Part shown: positions 55,501-61,617 of the stretch, piece after piece | How positions within the stretch are numbered: position 1 is the first letter of the stretch | Layout: each line of letters begins with the position of its first letter | Assembly (NCBI RefSeq): GCF_040938485.1 | Contig: NW_027270917.1 | Span: 4,650,001-4,714,000, forward strand | Reading direction: 5' to 3' | Length of the DNA stretch: 64,000 nt | Source: Diadema antillarum | Taxonomy: Eukaryota | Program-made: the position numbers and the translations under genes | Notes under the pieces: generated by a model | Databases searched by the model: none | What the model saw: the letters and a program-made list of their open reading frames with translations, nothing else | Told to the model about the DNA's origin: nothing

Positions 55501-58500
55501 CATCATCACAAAATACGAGGCAAAAACATCATCAACAACAATACGCACATGCACATTGATTCTTTTAGTTGGCGCAATCAACGGTATAAAGTTAAGCTCG
55601 ACTCATGTGTTTAACTGGAAGACATAATTTATTAGTACGGTCTGCTATGTCGAAATATTGGATCCCGTGAGATTTTCGTGCCAAAATTGATTTTTTTTTT
55701 TAGCTAACTTGGTCAATTTGGGGGTGCTGAATCCAAAAAACTTTGGTTCCATTTTTTTCGACCACGTCTTCAGCCGCCATTTTGAATTTCAAAATGGCCG
55801 CCATAGCAAACTGTATTTTGACCCAGATCTCATAATGTGCGCATCATGGAAGGTTCAAATTTGATGCAAAAAGTATGTTTATAATGTCAGACATTGTGAT
55901 ACACCATTTCCTGATATTGTAGATTGTTTTGATACAATTTGAGGGCTGCCATCTTGAAATTCAAAATGGCCGCCATAGCTAAATGCACTTTTACCTGTAT
56001 CTCAGGTTGTAAGCATTATGGAAAGTATAAATTTGGGCCAAAAAGCATGCTTACGATGTCAGATATGCTAATATATACATATTTGTTTTAAATGATGGAT
56101 AATTTTGGTTGGCGGCCATCTTGAAATTCAAAATGGTCACCATAGCAAATGTAATTGGGCCTATATCTCATATTGTATGCATTGTGTAAGGTTCTAACTT
56201 TGGCAAAGAGCATGCGTTTGCTATCATACTTTCTGAAACATCTTTATCTGAAATGATGGTCCATTTTGATATCATAGGTGGCCATCTTGAAATTCAAAAT
56301 GGCCGCCATACCAGAATGTATATTTCGACCCGTATTTCATGCTGTAAACAATACAGAAAGTTCACATTTCGGGCATAAACCGGGCTCATGATGTTGAACA
56401 TTCAGATGTACTTTGATCCCCTCCCTAAAATTGCAGATCATTTTTGAGGCTGCCATTTTATCATTCAAAATGGCTGCTTTTCAGCTAATATCTGTGGTCG
56501 ACAAGCAACTTTTAGGCATATCAATGTTTATGGTGGTGTACATTGTACATTATTTTACAAACACAGACACACACACATAATCATATACATTCTGTAATAA
56601 TGGATTATTCGCATTGGCTGCCACTCATGAAATTCAAGATGATTTCGACCCATATTTGGTACTGTAAGATCTTTACCCTCCAAACTCAAGCATGCTGGAG
56701 CACTTTCAAGTAGGAACTATGTGTAAGTCAATCACTTCAATAAATAGTGTTATCATTGCATAGGAGGGACTGCTTCCTGTAGGTACACTGCCATGTTGAA
56801 ATGCAAAATGGCTGCCATGGGAAACATTCCTTTAAGAGCATTGCATTTGGGTAAAACTTGTGAATGGGAAATCATGTGATTCTGGTGTCAAAGCAAATGA
56901 CTTTCAAAAGTGCCTCAATAACTGTGTCTGGGTGACTAAATGCCCCCATTTAGACGATTTGGTTGTAGAACTTAAATAAACAATATTAGCCGTGTACTAG
57001 AAAATTTATTGGAAATTTACTTTAGTTAATGTCTTCTAGGCTCATTCCCTGCATGTGTTCTTAAAGTCACAGCACTTGTATATAGGGCTGTACACAGGGG
57101 AGAATTGGTTCTGAATTCTTCCAGAAACAATGACTTTTGCATTTCTTGTCATTATTATGAACATGATAATGAATTATGTGGCTACCGTTGGTGTAGGAAG
57201 CTCAAAGCATTTAATTGCACAGTTTATGTATATCCGCTGGAAATAACTACAATGTACCATATTAAATTCCCCTGTATAGTAGAGGCACAAATTAGGTTTT
57301 GAAGGTTTACAAGGTTTGTTCTCTGGATGTGTTGTATCAAGACTCTACGAAAGCAAAGCGGGAGATTGTCCAGGTTGGAGTCATCCACGCCCAACTTCTG
57401 GAAGGCATGGACTGTGTCATTGGATATTCTGCATAATTCAAGGCTTAGAGAATTCTTGATCCATCTGCTCTTTGAGACATCCTCAAATTTTCAACTTCAT
57501 CCTGTGCCATGAAAGGCATGACCAAGCAGACCTGTGTTTTTCGCAACAATTTGCAGAACATAATCTCTCAACATTGTCAATTGTACTTAATTATCTCCCC
57601 TTTTCCAGTGATGGAGCAGACAACATGCGATGCAGTATTAAAAGTAAAGCAAAGATCCATTCGGAGAATGAAAATGTCAGTGTCTATACGTAATAATCAT
57701 CAATATCTCTGAAATTCCCTGTTGCTCTTGAAGTAGCATTTAATACATGCAACGGAATGAGGATATCTGCTTCCTCATTGTGACGGGTGACAGCTCCCAT
57801 GGCATCTTTGATGAACCTTTTGTTTCTTTTTTCCCCCGTTCTGTGTCAGATGGAATTGACTGATCAGTATTTCAACTTTCAGGCTGATTATTTGGCTCAG
57901 TTTTGTGGGTTTCTAAGGCATGGGTATGAAAAATGAACCTTTGTTAGTCAGAATGAGGAGAAGGCCATAAATTGTGAGATGAAGAGTGATTGTGGAATTA
58001 CTTGATAGAACAGTAGAACTTATAACTTCCGATAATTGTATCCTCCAGTAACGACTGGATAATGACAGGTCTATCAGACTGTTGTACCGGTAGAAGTGTT
58101 ATAAGAAGGTAGTGGTCTTCTTAAGCTTAGTGACTTTTGATCCAATCTTACATCGTGTATTTCAATTGCAAGAGCTGAATGAGTGGCCTTTCTCATATTA
58201 TCCCAGACAGATTTTTTTTTTTAATTCTTTCAGATACAAATTCTTAGTAAAGAACACGAAAACATCCATTTTCATCTCTTTCTAGAATATCCTCCTTGAA
58301 TGTTTCCGATACCTGATTGCCAAACACCACGTTCATCAGTTTCAATGCAGTGATAATTTTTGAGATTACCCTCGTGTGATGGAGTTCTAAATTGTTGAGG
58401 AATTCTTATGCATCCAAAGTGCCACAGAACTGAGCTATTATTGCTCCTTGGTAGTTTTAGAGTCATTGGCGGTACAGCAGTAAGCATCTTGGAAGTCTTG

Positions 58501-61500
58501 ATAATTGAGGATGACCCACACAAGGGCAATCAGGAAAAACCTACTCATTGGCATTCCTTATTCATTCTGTGTTATTCCAGAAATACATCCAGCAATTATG
58601 AGCTCCCTGATGAGTTGTTTTATTTTGTGGTCAACAAACAAGCTTGTGAATGGGATGCCTGGTAGGGTGACCATGGCATTTCTTGACAATGCGAGACTTT
58701 TCCGTGTTTGTCTTCATTCTCTCAAGGCAGCATCAAGTTTTTGAAGATCACCTTTAATTGTATCAATGCTTACTTTTGTACAAATATTTAATAACTGGGA
58801 TTGAATGTAACTATTGACGAGGTTCCACGAAACCAAATAATGTTTTGCCTGAGAGGCAAAAACAAATTACGTGTAAGCGAATCACATACCCGCTTGGCGC
58901 TATTATGGGACGTGGGATGTAACGCTTACACGCTTGCCCACACTTATGGGAAATGGAATGGGACCCCTCCCCTCCCCCCCCCCCCCCCACACACACACAC
59001 AGTTTTTGCCCCTCAGGATAGCTTGATGACATCATTGGAACCTCGTCCTTACAGTCTGAATTTATGGCGGCCATTTTGAATTAAGAGATGGCTGTCGTTC
59101 TGCGTGACCTGAACGTGAATTCGGTCTAACTAAGACAATTTTGGCAAATTTATCTAGGGCGCTTACCACAGTATCATATGTTTTTCTATGGCCACCATCT
59201 TGAATTTCAAGATGGTGGCCTATCTAATGATCGACAATAGGAAACAGCTGTATTGGAACGTTGGACACCACTAGCATGTCTATTACTGAGAATTTGATGC
59301 TCCTACAATAATTGCAACATGAGATATGGGTAAAAACGCTATGGCGGCCATTTTGAATTTCAAGATGGCAGCCCAGAAATTGTATCAAAACAAGCCACAA
59401 TAACAGAAAATGATATATCAGAGTGGCTGACATCACAACCATGCATTTTGCACCAAATTTGAAGCTTCTACAATGCTCACTGCATGAGATATGGTTCAAA
59501 ATACTGTTTGCTATGGCGGCCATTTTGAAATTCAAGATGGCAGCCTAAAAATTGTATCAAAACAATCCACAATATCAGAAAAAGATATACCAGAGTGTCT
59601 GACATCACAACCATGCACTTTGCACCAAATTTGAAGCTTCTATAATACTCACTTAATGAGATATGGATAAAATTACAGTTTACTATGGCGGCCATTTTGA
59701 AATTCAAAATGGCGGCTGAAGACGTGGTCAGAAAAAATGGAACCAAACTTTTTTGGATTCAGCACCCCCAAATTGACAAAGTTAGCCAAAAAAAAAATCA
59801 ATTTTGGCACAAAAATCTCACGGGATTACATAGTAGCCTCTACTATATGGTAGAGAAGGCAAATGAAACATTCATCTGATAACTTTCATGCACGGAAATT
59901 CAAATTCCGTATATATCAGCTGTTCCATGGCCCCCATTACCCCCCCCCCCCCCCCCCTCCCTCTCTCCGCGCCCTCCCCTCTTTTTCCTGATCCTTCCTC
60001 TTGCTCCTTAAAACATTAAATCATATAAATTTTATACTTCAAGGACATTTCGGAGGGGGAGGGCTGTGGTCATGGGGGGGGGGGCGGTGGCCATGAGGAA
60101 GGGCTGACTTCGATAATTATAGTCATGTATCTTCACAGCTTATGAATCTGACTTGTGATATTGGAGAACACATTAAAGGTCTTGCAGAGATGATGATCAT
60201 ACGTGATGGCGACTGGTTGACGGTCCGAAGTTCAAAAAATAATGAATAAAATGGTACCACAATTTCGCATGTGCTTCTCTAGTTACGAGCATGGAATGTG
60301 GTGTGAACGGAAAGTAAAAGATGGGTGACGCTGTATATACCGATTTTGCCTGTGACACAAACAGGTTAAAAATACCCCGTTAACGAGTTGACGAATGAAG
60401 TCTTCAATCAATTTGGCAGATTTGAGAGGGAAAAGCAATTTCAAGCCATTTTCGTATTGCCAATTGAAATGAAAAACTGTAGAAATGAAATGTATTCTCG
60501 AATTCCATACCGTTGCCGAATGCAGCAGTCTCCCAATACAGAAGTATTTGCAATTTCCGTGCAGATAACAATATTTTGTAATGGAAGAGCATGCGTCAAA
60601 TTTCAATCGTTTCAATGGTCAAAGGTGGCGCGACCTTTGGTTACAAACCGTTCTGCGTTTTCGAGCGTATTTTATCTGATGACTATATTGTTCTGCATAG
60701 TAACAAAAAAAAAGGCTCTTACCACATTTCGATTCATACTGGATGCACATTTAGAAGTGAAGGTGGAACTTGAATGTACTGGTTAAAACGTGATCGCCGA
60801 ACATTACAAAAATGTTGAATGTGGAAGGCACACCGTTTATCTCTCTATTATGTTCATACACACAGGCACACATACAGATACAGCGCATGTAACGTTGCAT
60901 TTCACATCTTCCCATCTGATGTTACAAATGTTTTTGTTTGTTTTTTCAGCTGTCACTATTATCTGACACCACCTCATATCCAGATTTGACATTTACACTG
61001 TTGAACACGGTGAGATGACTAAATTTGACAGTGATTTCTCTGACCAGCTGTAAAACCACTGAAGGTTTAGTGTGTGTCGAGATTCATATCTTCCAGTATT
61101 TCGAAACTGCGTCTTTTGGTTCCGGTTATCGAGTCAGTTTACTAAAAAGAGAACTCTGATTACAAGATTGGGCGGAAACGACGTCATTTTATCGATCGGA
61201 CAGGAAAGATGGTCCCGTCGAATTCTGACGTCACAATGCGAGTCACCGCGATAAGACCGCCATGCGTGAAATCGGTCAGTCAATAGGCTTTTCCACGTAT
61301 AGTGATTGCTGATTTGTTTGTGTGTTGTTCTTCTATGATTCATTCTCGCTTCTCCCCCTAACGGCACGCTCCTTTGTTTACCAGCCCAAATTTCACAGGG
61401 TCAAGAAAGGGATCGTTCTTTTCGAATGTCCAGCATTGTTGGCGCGAGACAAGACCTCCTTGTTTAAGGATTTAAAGGCCAGACGAATAAAAGGAAAACA

Positions 61501-61585
61501 AAATCCCATAACAAACGAAACAAACGAGAGTTCCAAGAAGAATCGTATGTGAACATTTCGTTTTTGCTGGTCTACCAGCTAAAAT

Positions 61586-61617
<32 letters not shown>

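Noticed and set aside
61226-61233. Full CRE palindrome TGACGTCA (also 16075, 37562, 53728)
   Set aside because: An 8-mer expected about once per window by chance; two of the other copies lie inside MITEs.
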